From contig JAWQFM010000007.1 in NCBI GenBank assembly GCA_033442325.1, positions 1,396,351 through 1,460,350 of the forward strand: a stretch of 64,000 bases of DNA. The letters are read 5' to 3'. Below the pieces are notes generated by a model, which saw nothing but the letters and a program-made list of their open reading frames with translations, was not told the DNA's origin and ran no database searches. A program made the position numbers and the translations under genes. This document shows positions 12,996-25,023 of the stretch, piece after piece. The DNA is from Salpingoeca rosetta. Lineage: Eukaryota > Protista > Choanoflagellata. Every line of letters begins with the position of its first letter. Position 1 is the first letter of the stretch.

Positions 12996-14354
12996 ATGCT
13001 GAGCGAGCGGATTAGGAGTGCTGTTGTTGGTGTGGGTGATGGTGGTGGTGGTGGCGGTGAGATGAAGAGGAAGAGAAAGAAGCAAAGGAGGGAAGTGGGA
13101 GGTGAGGCTGGGCGGGGAACGAAGGGTGATGGCGAGAGGCCAAAGTATGCATGTCGCAAGTGCAGGCGGGTGTTTATGAACGCGTCTGCTTGCCGCCGAC
13201 ACGCGCTGCTGTGCGGGACTGGGGTCCGCTTTGCATGCAGCTGCTCCCACACTCCATTTGCGTCCTTCGAAGCGCTCCGACTGCATGCCCGCCGCCTCAA
13301 GCACGACATCCCAGAGCACACGCAGGCCTTGCGCAGGCAGCTGGCCGAAGTGTCAGCTGCGAGCATCCCTGATGTCATCGTCCTTGGCGCTGCCCACAAC
13401 ACGGCAGCGACAACAGGAACAGCGGCAATGACGACAACAGAAACAGCAGCGAGAACCGCCACCGCAACGCAGCTGACCACCACAACACCTGTGACGGTGA
13501 CAACACAAACCATGGTAAGAATGGAGACGACTTCTGGTACGCCAAACCTGCGTGCGTCCTCCTCAACATACCCACAGAGGGCAACCCACACAATGACCAG
13601 CAGTATCGGGACCAGCACCGACTTTGGCAACCTCGCATCAACTCGACACGCAGACGCTGCAGCTGCTGCCACCTCGACCCATGGACAGGCACAAGTGCAC
13701 GATGTTTGTCTTCAAGCTGGAGGCATGCTCGGTGGCCAGCCTGCGATGGCAGTACACGCTGCAAATACAAGCTTCAACAGCGTGAGCACGAGCACCAACA
13801 CACCCAAGAGCGCGGTCGACATCGCTGCCTGCCACACGGAAACGCAAACGACGGAGCTGGACATGCTTGCGGCAAGCCACCTCTTCTCCCTGCCACCAGG
13901 GCCCTCCCCAGACGTCTGCACGGCCACCTGCCAGACCGAGTTTGAACAGGACGGTGCCTTGCCGCTCTACCTGTGCTCCGATGACCAGCAGGAGGCACCA
14001 CCAACCCCGTCGCTTCCTCCACTCGCTACGGCCCCGTCGACGTCAACACCTTCCCCACGCACAACAACAACAACAACAACAACAACAAAGGCAACAGCGA
14101 CGACAGCAACAGCGTCAAGCGCAGCGACGGCTGCAGGCATGACCTCTGTTGCGCTTGGTTGCAGTGAGCTGGACATTCTCGCGGCGACGGGTGTCGGGGC
14201 CACTGATCCACAACACATGGACAGAGGCACGTCCCCTTTGTTCCACACAGTGGGCACAGACTGCTCAGAGCTCTTTCATGACATGGCGACAGACTGCGAC
14301 GACCTTCTCTTTGCAGATGCCTCCACGGACTGCTTTGATCTCTTGTTCTCATAG
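12996..14354 (+). CDS. ASCIZ/ATMIN-like C2H2/C2HC zinc-finger protein with multiple putative LC8 (DYNLL)-binding motifs, single exon
   Basis: In-frame ATG at 12996 (or 13062). NLS-like MKRKRKKQRR. YACRKCRRVFMNASACRRHALLCG and FACSCSHTPFASFEALRLHARRLKHDIP resemble ATMIN fingers 3-4. The disordered tail has TTQT, TETQT, TCQT, GTST, RGTSP and three TDC motifs. Confidence 0.7.
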   Translation: MLSERIRSAVVGVGDGGGGGGEMKRKRKKQRREVGGEAGRGTKGDGERPKYACRKCRRVFMNASACRRHALLCGTGVRFACSCSHTPFASFEALRLHARRLKHDIPEHTQALRRQLAEVSAASIPDVIVLGAAHNTAATTGTAAMTTTETAARTATATQLTTTTPVTVTTQTMVRMETTSGTPNLRASSSTYPQRATHTMTSSIGTSTDFGNLASTRHADAAAAATSTHGQAQVHDVCLQAGGMLGGQPAMAVHAANTSFNSVSTSTNTPKSAVDIAACHTETQTTELDMLAASHLFSLPPGPSPDVCTATCQTEFEQDGALPLYLCSDDQQEAPPTPSLPPLATAPSTSTPSPRTTTTTTTTTKATATTATASSAATAAGMTSVALGCSELDILAATGVGATDPQHMDRGTSPLFHTVGTDCSELFHDMATDCDDLLFADASTDCFDLLFS

Positions 14355-14412
14355 CGCAGCAAGGTTGTGTGTGTGTGTGTGTGTGTGCGTATGTGTGTGC
14401 ACGTGCGTGCGT

Positions 14413-14466
<54 letters not shown>

Positions 14467-14812
14467 ACGATCACGTCCTCTTTGCACGCGCTGCTGCCGC
14501 CGCTGTTGTGCGCTTGTTTGCCCATGGCTCATGGCTTGGTCATGTGTATTTGGCGTTGGATTAGGGAAGGGTCAACGTGTCTGTTGTCTTCAACGGCAGT
14601 GATGATAACAAGCAAGACCAAGAACCAGAAAAGAAGAAGAAAGGGGAGGGGACGAAAGGATGGAGGAACGGGGCGTGGGGAGTAAGGGAGAGAGAACAGA
14701 ACGAGGTCTTGCGGTTTCGTATGCAAAGAGCGTGAGTTGTGTTTGTATTTGTGTGGGTGTGTGGGTGTGTGGGTGTGTGGGTGTGGGTGTGGGAGCGTGT
14801 GGTTGGAGGGAG

Positions 14813-15372
14813 TTAGTTTGGCGGGATGCAGCCGGGGGAGTCGCAGTGGAAGGCGGCGACGTTGAGCTCCCAAGGGGTGCCACCCCACATGGACCAGTGC
14901 AGGTGATCCTGAATCTCGCAGCCAGAGTTGGGATGCACGAGGAGGTCGAGGCCGTCGCGGCGCTGCATGATCCACTGCACTGTCTCGCCGTAGAAGGAGC
15001 GGGGCACGAAGAACGAGTACTGGGCAGTTGGGAAGGGGCCGTCGGGCAGCCAGCTTGTCGGGTAGGCGCAGATGGACTTCTGTTCCGGGCGCGGGTCGCC
15101 GGCTGCAAACGAGCAGTTCTCCTTCTTGCCAATGGGAACCTTGAAGTGGGACGCAAACTCATGCTGCAGAACCATGGCGCGGCTCACCTCATCCTGGTTG
15201 TTTGCGTTGAACAGAATGTGCTGCAACGAGGGGTGGGGGTGTGCGGAAAGGCGAGCACAAAGGAGAAACGGCAAAGAAGACCGCAGAGTGAACAGAGGGA
15301 GATCCAGTGTGAGGACGTGATGTGGGGGGAGAGGGCGGTGGGTTGAGGTCGAATTGTGGACAAGATATCAAC

Positions 15373-15449
<77 letters not shown>

Positions 15450-15633
15450 ACACATAATCACGGCATTCCTCGCAACTCACAATGTGGTAGGAGACGAGGT
15501 GGGGCGGGTGAGAGGAGTTGACGCACTGAGGGTCAATGGGCACCTGCGTCTGAGCATCAGTGCCACAGGCACCAAAAGCAACCAGCGCAGCCAGCGCCAC
15601 CGTGGCGAGAACAGCAAGGCGGGCAGCGATCAT
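14813..15633 (-). CDS. DOPA 4,5-dioxygenase family protein (DOPA_dioxygen, fungal/bacterial type) with signal peptide, 2 exons
   Basis: Exon 1 is 15633-15481 (MIAARLAVLATVALAALVAFGACG...SYHI) and exon 2 is 15220-14813. Splicing restores YHIHILF. Other motifs are GPF-P, VQWIMQRRDGLDLLVHPNSG and QDHLHWSMWGG. Confidence 0.85.
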
Positions 15634-16035
15634 ATTGGGTGGTGATTGGTTGGTCTTGTTCTGTTGTGTGGGGGAAATGCGCTCGCATGTGTTGTCCTCC
15701 AAAAACTATTGCACAATCTCATCATTGGGCGTCAGATGAGTTTCATTGTGACATGATTTGTGCATGTGACACGTTTGTCGAACCCCCACCCCCCAGCTTC
15801 TAGCTTTCTCCACTCTTTCTCCACCCTGTCCCCCCCCCCGCCCACTTCCTTCTTCCTCCTGCACTCGTCCTTGCTTGCGTGGGTGTACTCAAAAAAAGAG
15901 AGACAGAGCAGGGGGGCAAAGCCATGTAAGTCCACGACACAACACACAACACACAACACACAACACACAACATACAAAATCTCGCAGACACACAAAAACA
16001 CACGCGGGCAGCACGAGTGCTGTGAGGTGAGTTAG

Positions 16036-19000
16036 TTACGCCTGAATGGTGGCCTTGGAAAGAACGCCAGTGCCAAGCTGCATGCACTCTGCGACAAACG
16101 ACTCCATATCAAACACAAGCTGGCCATCCTTCTGCGTTGATTACCACACAAATCACAACCGGCAATGGAGTTGTGAGGGAGTTGAAGTGATCGAGGATGA
16201 CATACAATGGGCGCAAGTGCGCGTGCACCATGAAAGAAAACAGTGACGCGATGAACAGCAACAGGGACACGAAGCCAACACACCCACGGAAAACACACAC
16301 ACACACACAACATGCACGCATAAGGCGGCATCGTCGAATCGCACACGCACCTCCATGCGCGTGGCGGCAGTCTGCGTCATCTTGAACGGATGTGGCTGCT
16401 TCACCTGCACCAAGACCATCATCAAGCGTCTCAGTCGCTGAGATCATGCACGACGAATCACACCCACCCCAACACAAGTAACGAGTGTGTCATGCAAAAC
16501 GCACACCACGCACACAACACACACACAAAACGCACACAACACACAACACACGCACAAAACACATACAAAACAACACGCACACACACACACACACAAAACA
16601 CACACAAAACAACACACACACACACACACAAAACACATACAAAACAACACACACACACACCACGCACACCTTTGGGTTGACGGCTGCGCAGATGACAGGA
16701 CCGCCGAGCTCGTCGTACCAGAACATGACCGTGTCCTTAAACTGCCGCTGCAGGTCTGCAAAGAGCTGCGCAACAGGGTCCCAGCCAGGCCGACCCGTGC
16801 CAACCTTGCCCTTGAGCTCAAGGTTCTTGAACTTGGGCTTGCTCACCCCACCTGACGATGACGACGACAATGTGTCATCATCTGTGCCAGTCAGCGCCTG
16901 TGTGCGACGCACGTGCGCCTCGGGGGCAATGTCAAACACAACGTCGTACGCGGCGAGTGGCGTGGAGAAGATGGTGAGGGCGTTGCCGACGGTGCCGCCA
17001 ACAAGGCCATCCCCAACAGAGCGAAGCGCAGCAGCCGCAGCCTCCTCTGCACTTCGCGCAAACCGCACTGGTGGGGATGGGAGAGGTGGTGTGGGAATGT
17101 GTGGGAATGTGTGGGAATGTGAGTTGCCTCGACATGACATGGTGGACAGCAAATACACTTGTGGATGTGTGCGAATGTGTGTGTGTGTGTGTGTGTGCGT
17201 GCGAATGTGTGTCTGCTTGCAGGCAACCAGCAAGCATGATTGGCGTGCATGGGTCAGGCGAGGTTGCGGGTGCACGCACCAAGGCGCTGGAACACAAGCT
17301 TCGATGGCGACTCGCGCGTCCACATAGAGTCCGGATCCTAATGGAAGAGAACACACAACACACGCCCAAGCAATGACAAGCGCGCAAGCACGCACGGGCG
17401 GTGAGTCAACAAGCAGACAGCCGTCAACAGGTTGTGTTGCATGTGCGCAAGGAAGAACAGACCTGTAAAGGCTCCCTGAAAGCACGCATCATCCACACAG
17501 ATACGCAGATACGCACGCATGTACATGAGTACGTACCACTGATGTGGCAACAAACATGATGGGCAGCTTCTGTCGCTGTTCACGGAAGCGCTCGCGAATG
17601 CTGGCCTTGGTGGCATCCGGCAACGAGGCTGCACATCAGAATCGGGGCAAGATGTGGTGAGTGGGAGAGAGGAGGAGGTGCTGAACGCGAGTGCATAAAT
17701 TGTGCAACGACAAAGGGGCAGCCACACTCGCACAGATAACGCGTTTCTCGGCACTGTCTCGTATTCACAAACAAATACACACACTCGCGAGCATTCCCAC
17801 AAAGTCCCACACAATTCCACACACAATCACTCATTCACTCACACACACACACACACACACACACACAATACACACAACACACAACACACAACACACACAC
17901 ATACACACACAAGCACAACGCCTGACCATCTGGGTCGACAAAGAGAGGGTCGTGGATCCAGTTGTGGGAGGCGAGGAGGTGGAGGAAGCGGAGAAAGCCC
18001 ACGTCGGGGGTGCCCGGTGCGCCGTACGGCTGATCGTGGTTGTACAGCGACAGCACCAGCAGGTCAATCAGCTCGTCCGGCACGTATGACGAGAACATGT
18101 GCGCATGGATCTGCACAGGCACAGCGATTGGAGGAAGTGCAGTGTGCAACAGGGAAAGCAAGGGAACCGTGAGGAGGAAGAAACGCTCATGCAGAGCCAC
18201 GCACCAGAACTCGCAACCACAAAGCACCACATGCTGCACTCTCCACAACACTTATCCTCACAAACAATCTCCACAACAAGAACAATCTCCACAATAAGAA
18301 CACATTACACATCTCGCCGTGTGTCCCTGCGTTCGGCCCACACCGGTCTCAAAACGCCACCACAAGCAACAGCACAAACAAGAGCAGCAGGCAACCCACC
18401 CAGCGCTTTGCAAGACGGGTTGTGGGGCCATAGGAGGCCATCTGGACAGCAAATCCGCGGATCCAGGCGGAGAGGCGGGGCAGCACCAGCATGTCCCGTC
18501 GCATCATACGCGCCAGTGACGACATGTCCTGTGCAGCAGCAAGCAGTTCTGTTCGCTGGGCACCCTGCACCTGCTCTGCAGATGATGTGTACTCCGCCGC
18601 CTGCTTCTGCACAAGCGTCAGCTCCTGTCGCACAAAGATGACAATGCGGAACACAAATCCGCGGAAGTGCACATCGAGGTACTGGCGTGTCAGCCGCGTC
18701 GTCAGCGCCTCGCTGCTGCCGCTCTCGCTGTTCTTCGCCAGGAGCCGCGCAATTCGAATGAGAAACGCCAGCTTCACCTGCTGCAGCGCGCCAATGTCGT
18801 CCGGCCACCGCGACGAGCCCTCAAACTGCAGAATCGCCTCCATGACAGGCTGCCACTCGCCGCTGGTGTTGACCGCCTTCCCTGCGTGCTCGGCAGCGCC
18901 GGCGACCGTGGCTGCCGTGGCCGCCTGCGGGAACGGGTCCGTGAGGCGGAATGTCGACGACACGCAGCGCAGGTCGCGCACGAGCAGCGGGAGATCAAGC

Positions 19001-19409
19001 CGCCGCACCATCTTCACCAGCTCCGTAAACGCATCGGAGGCAAGCCGCGATGCTACCATGCCGTTGTCGTCACGGGGCTTTGGCGCTTCGTCCGTTGTCG
19101 GTGCCGATGACGCTGCCGCGAGTGCGCCGGGAGCGGGTACGCCCGCGCCCGCAAGGACGGGCTCAAAGAAGAACGGCTGCATGGCAACGTGCGCAGCGTC
19201 AAGCTTGGCGTGGCGAGCAAGCACGTGCAGGGCAATCCACTTGACGAGCAGGTGGCGCTGGTGGGGCGCGCAGTCCCACACGACACCGTGGCGAAGGGAG
19301 CCATCGGCCAGAGCCCGCAGCGTGGCCTTGTCACCCCAGAAGTTGACAAACGCCTCCACGTCGCTCTCGTCCGTGGACGGCAGAATGTCGGCGGTGCGGT
19401 AGCACGTCT

Positions 19410-19470
<61 letters not shown>

Positions 19471-21246
19471 TGCGTGTTGATAGGAGAGCGCGTGAGCATG
19501 CATTCGGTTCATGTCACCACAGCGAGGACGGCAAAGTACACACAAAAAGTGTGTGCACGTGTTTCGACGTGCAAATGTGAACAACAAGCACTTCATCAAG
19601 CGTGGGTGTCAGCCCTGCAAGCACGGTGCATTGGTTGCGGACCAGGTTGAGGAGAACGCCGATGCTGATGACATGCTCCTGTGCGGCGAAGATGGACGAC
19701 GGCGGAGCGCCTGTGATCTTCCACGGCTGCTGCGGCGTGGGCAGCGCTACAACAACGGGTGCGCGGTCGCCGAGCCCGCGGCGAAGCAGGACGGGGAGGA
19801 GGCGGCTGGCAAGGTCAATCCAGTTGCCGGCACGGTCAAGCAGCTGCGCAGGGTACTTGCTGACAACCTCAGGCGAGAGGCGCGCGTGGATCATCGTGTC
19901 AAACTTGTAGTGCGGGTCAACGGGCGACAGGAACAGCGACGAAAACGCTGTGCGTTGTGTGTGTGTGTGTGTGTATGTGTGTGTGTGTGAGTGTGTGTGA
20001 GTGTGAGTGTGTGTGTGTGTGTTTGGGTGTGTGTGTATGTGTATATGTGAGCGTGAGTGTGGAGTAGGATGAGGGAGAGATAACAGTCTGAGCAAGATTC
20101 AAGCGGAGCAAGACCAGGGTTCAAGTTCAAGCGTGAGATGCATGTTTCAAATGGAGACCGACACGCGGCAAAACCCGGAGCAAGAGACAGCAGGAATATG
20201 GGCTTGCACGTGTGACAACAAAGTGGCAAAGGAATGACGGCATGCGAAGACAAACCGTTTGTTTCGTCACTGTCGAGTAGTTTGATGGCGCGCGCTGCTT
20301 CAAACCGCAGCTCATCGTACTGGCCGCTGAACACATGCAAGCACATGAAACCAAACACACGCACACATACACGCGAATGTACGAGTAGGGGGAGAGGTGC
20401 ATGTGTTAACCAATGAGCTGGGCAACACTGGAGTGTAAGATGTTCAAAGGCATCCACAAAGCGCGTACGTTCACAAACACGCGCCACGACCATCAACAGC
20501 ACCACGAACGCCGACACAAGTACAACCAATACAGCCACCATCAACGACATGCAAAGCGCGTACATGGTCATGTGGCCGAGGAGATTACAGAAGCCAGACG
20601 GGTCAACAAAGGTGACGAGGAAGGCCTGCTGGATGTCCTCAATTGGGGGCGGAACAGCGCCAACGTCAATGTAGTGCTTCATGGCGAGCGGCTCTTCGTT
20701 CCACTTGCTTGATGCAATCACTGCCATTGTCTTCCGCACCATCTGGTACGCGCTCGCCTCGCGAGGAACCTGAGGAGTGGGCGGCGGGGCGGGAGGTGCG
20801 GTGTGAGGGGAGGCGGGATGTAACATGCAAGATGGATCAAATGTTGGGGGTAATTGACGTCTCTCGCGCAAATTTCCACCGCACACACACATGCACACAT
20901 ACATTCACACATACATTCACACTGACAAGTACAGACAACCATACACGTAACGCACACACAAGCACACGCACACACCTGTCGCTGCTGGATGAGGTGGATG
21001 AGGAGCATGGTGGCGGTGAAACCGTTCATGACGCCAAATGTGCGCGAGTTCATGCCGCGCTGGCGCAACCACGTCTGCAGCACAACGAGCAGGCATTGGG
21101 TGACGGGTGGTGTGAGGTAGTGCAGCATCGGTATGGGGAGGTGCCGAATGACACGCACACACATGATTGTGCATGTTGTCATGAACATGAATGAACACAC
21201 ACATGCACACACACAGAGCAGCAGGAGGTGGCCAGACCACAATGCA

Positions 21247-21312
<66 letters not shown>

Positions 21313-21631
21313 GTGTTCAGGGTGCGTACCTTGAGCAGGAGGACGGCCTCCTTGAAGTTTGGCCCAAGATCCTTCGTCGCGTTGGCGACAAACTGCGACA
21401 TTCATTGTGCACGCAGATGCGGACGCAAGCGTTTGTGTTGCACAGGGACATGGTGAGAAAGCAGGAAGCAAGCAACTGGACATGTGAACATCACCTGAAT
21501 CATGCCAGTGGCATGACTAACATACACTCATGTGCAGCCAAGTACGCGGGTGTGGGCGCACCTTTGCGTGCTCCATCATCAGCACATCTTGCAAGATGCG
21601 AAGCGTGTACCGCGGCGTCGCCGTGCCTGAT

Positions 21632-21675
<44 letters not shown>

Positions 21676-22978
21676 ATGTGGTAACAATGTCAGCACAGCA
21701 CAATTTGTATTCAAGTAGTTGTGTGTGTGTGTGTGTGTGTGCTCTTTGTGTGTGCTGTGTGTGTTTGTGCTTGTTGGAATGGTTCACACTGTCGGGTTGC
21801 TGCGCGCTGCGTGGCGGCGGTTGCCATGTGTAGAATTCATGTCGAACCTGTGGTTTGTGTGCCAAAGTCGAGGTCCTTGTGCTGCGGGTACAGAAGGTGC
21901 AGATCTGGCCAGTCGAGTGTGTTGTGCTTCGGGCCAAGCTGGTTCGGCTGTAATTCAGCAATCAACAGCAGCGCACGGATTAGAAATACACGATGTTCGA
22001 CCCAACAACCATGGCGGCGGCTAGGGCACAGCACAGTCGTGTGCACAGTCGCAATCCCTGACATTCGCCTACGCAACCCCATCATCTCACTTGTGTACAC
22101 GCACGCACGCACGCATGCACTCGCGCAACAATTACCCATCTCCCTTGTGTACCTTGAAGAAGTCCTTTGGAGCGATGGCGTGGATGACAATACGGAAACG
22201 GCTTGGTCGCGGCTCGCCATCTGCCGTGTTGCCATTACCGTCGTTGTCGTCGTTGTCGTCGCCAGCGCCTTTTGCGGCCTTGCGCTGGCCCGGCTTCGGG
22301 CGCGCACTTGTGGCTGCGCTCTTGAGAGGAGTGATGCACAGCACGGGCTTCAGCTCATCCCCCTGCAGGCAGGCAGGCAAGGGCGGTGGTGGATGAGGAA
22401 GAGGGAGGACATGCAAGTGGTGGGCAGTGTGTGTGTGTGGGGGGGGCGGTGTTGAAGTTTCAATTCGGTGGGGAGATGCGCATGTGCATGCGCCCATGTC
22501 TGTCAGTCTGTCTGTTTGATTGGCTGGCTTTGAGTCTGTCTGCATCCAGCTCCTATGCCCATATCTGTGTGTGTGTGTGTGTGTGTTTGTATGTATGTAT
22601 GTATGTATGTGTGTGTTTGTGTGTGTGCGATGCGTACCTGGAATCGCTCATACGTGACGCTGTGGATGCCGTCAAGCTTAGCGGCAATGCCGGCGATGTG
22701 TGCAAGGAAGGCTGCGCGCTTGTACAGATACCGAAACCGCTTCCGGTCTTGGTGCTAAGGGGATATGCAACGCGTTGAATGTGTCGAGGCGAATAAAGCG
22801 CAAGCAGTTTGGGTGTGTGTGCATGTATGTGAGAGTGTGAGTGGACGAGAGATGAGCAGTGTGAAGTTGGTGAATGTGTGGAACCACGAGATGCACCGTG
22901 AGGTATGCGTGTGTGTATGTATGTGTGTATGTGTGTGTATGTATGTGTGTATGTGTGTGTATGCGTGTGTGTATGTAT

Positions 22979-23011
<33 letters not shown>

Positions 23012-23692
23012 GCTTAGGGCGAGAGCAAGGACGCAATGCCGAAGCGAAACGAAATTGTGCGCGTGCGTGTGCGTCAGTCAGCACCTGCAGGAGGGCGCGC
23101 GGCATCTGAATGCAGACGTCCACGTCCAGCGTCGGCTGTGCAAGCAGCGACCGGCGAACGCTGCCAACATACTCAACTGCAACAGCACACACACACACAA
23201 GGGCAGGTACAGTCAACACCATGTCACAGTATGCGGACGTAAAGAAAAAAAAAAAACATTATGCGCAGAAGACACTGCTGATCGCTCCGTGCAACGGACT
23301 GTGCAGTTGTCAGCAAGACACTCCTCTTTCCCATGATCCAACAAACAGCACATCTACACCCTTGTGAAAACAACATCAACATGCCCGCAAACGTCCTGCA
23401 CACATTGCACATGTGAAGCCACACAACCCAAACTGACCGGCACATTGGCGGGATTCGGTCCCGCCGTTGAGCTTGAGGTCGAGCGCAAGATCGCCATCGA
23501 GGTCCTTTGGATGAAGCGGCGGTTGGAATGGAACCGGGTACTTGCCATCAACCTTGTTCTTTCGCACCTGCACACAACACATGCACGCACACGTGCACAC
23601 ATGTTGTGCATGGTGCCGTTGACATTAGCTGTGCAAACACACCAGATAGAGCTGTGTTCAAGCGGTTGCACTCGGCTCAAGAGCCGCATTTG

Positions 23693-23765
<73 letters not shown>

Positions 23766-24692
23766 CACACACACACGCACGCAGGCACACACACACCTTA
23801 ATCTGCTTCATTGTCTCAAAGCAGGTGAGGGAGTCTGCAATGTTGTTGACGCACTCCTGTACGTACTCGGGGACCTTGGCGGCCTTGACGTGCTTCAGCA
23901 ACTCTTCCATCTGGTACGCAGGTTGCAAGCAAGCAACAAGTGTGAATCAGGCAAGTACGCATCAACAGCGATGAGAAACAGCAAACAAGAGCGGCACGGG
24001 GGTGTGCTGCCGCAAGTGTGGCTGTCGCTGAGGTTGTGCACATATGTGTGTGTGTGTGTCTGTGTCTGTGTTCGTGTCTGTGCCTGTGCCTGTGCCTGTG
24101 TGCGCATCAAAGCAGCTCAGCAGCGACGCATGCCCACCTGGAAGCGAAAGAGGCCGGATTTGAAGAGGCTGTCTGCTTCGCGAAGCGTTTCCAGCTCCTT
24201 GCGTGATGGCAGGGCGTACAGCTGCTTTGTGGAGCGCAGGGCTGAGGGTCCAACTTGTTGTTGCTGCTGTTGTTGCTCCTCGGCGTCTGGTGCGGGGGCT
24301 GCGAGCTTGTTCTTGGCGACGTCGTCCTCGTCCCACACCTCGACGGCGGCGGCGTCGGCGGCCTTGAGGGGCTTCGGGGCCTTGGCGGCTGCCTGCTGCT
24401 TGGCCTTCTTCTTGCTCTTCTTTGACTGGGGCTTTGGCTTGTCGGCTGCGGCTGCTGGACGCGCGTCGGACTCAAAGGTGCCCACCGTGGCCATGTTCTT
24501 GCTGATGGCCTGCACCTTGTTCAGGATGGCCGTGTGGGTCTGCTGAGGGTCCTCTGCCTGCTCATCCTTGGCTGGTGCCTGCTTGCCCTCCTTCTCTTCC
24601 TTCTTCTTCTTGTGCTGATACTTGGCGCCCTTTGTGCTCTTGCGAGGATCAATGCGATCCTTCGCAAACAGCATGTACGACTGCCTGCCCAT
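16036..24692 (-). CDS. NOL6: Nucleolar protein 6 / U3 snoRNA-associated Utp22 (Nrap family), multi-exon
   Basis: ATG 24692 to TAA 16036. Motifs: LPSRKELETLREADSLFKSGLFRFQMEELLKHV, FWGDKATLRALADGSLRHGVVW, QFEGSSRWPDDIGAL, YGPTTRLAKRW, PGTPDVGFLRFLHLLASHNW and GWDPVAQLFADLQ. Confidence 0.95.
21248..21312. repeat. (ATC/GAT)n trinucleotide microsatellite in a NOL6 intron
   Basis: About 21 perfect TCA/CAT units. It produces the spurious polyH/polyM/polyD/polyI ORFs in the track. Confidence 0.95.
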
Positions 24693-24853
24693 CCTCGCTC
24701 GTTGTGTGTTCGAGTGTTGGTGTGTGTTGAGCACGAGGGTGTGTGAGGGTGTTGGTGCACCACGATGGAAAACACGTGGGTGAAGTTGTGAAATTTATAG
24801 GAAGATATACTCAATCATCGCACGAGGGCCAACATGTGAGACGCAACGGCATC

Positions 24854-24972
<119 letters not shown>

Positions 24973-25023
24973 CCCACGAAGGCACATGAACACAAACACA
25001 AAACACGACATGGAACAGGCAGT

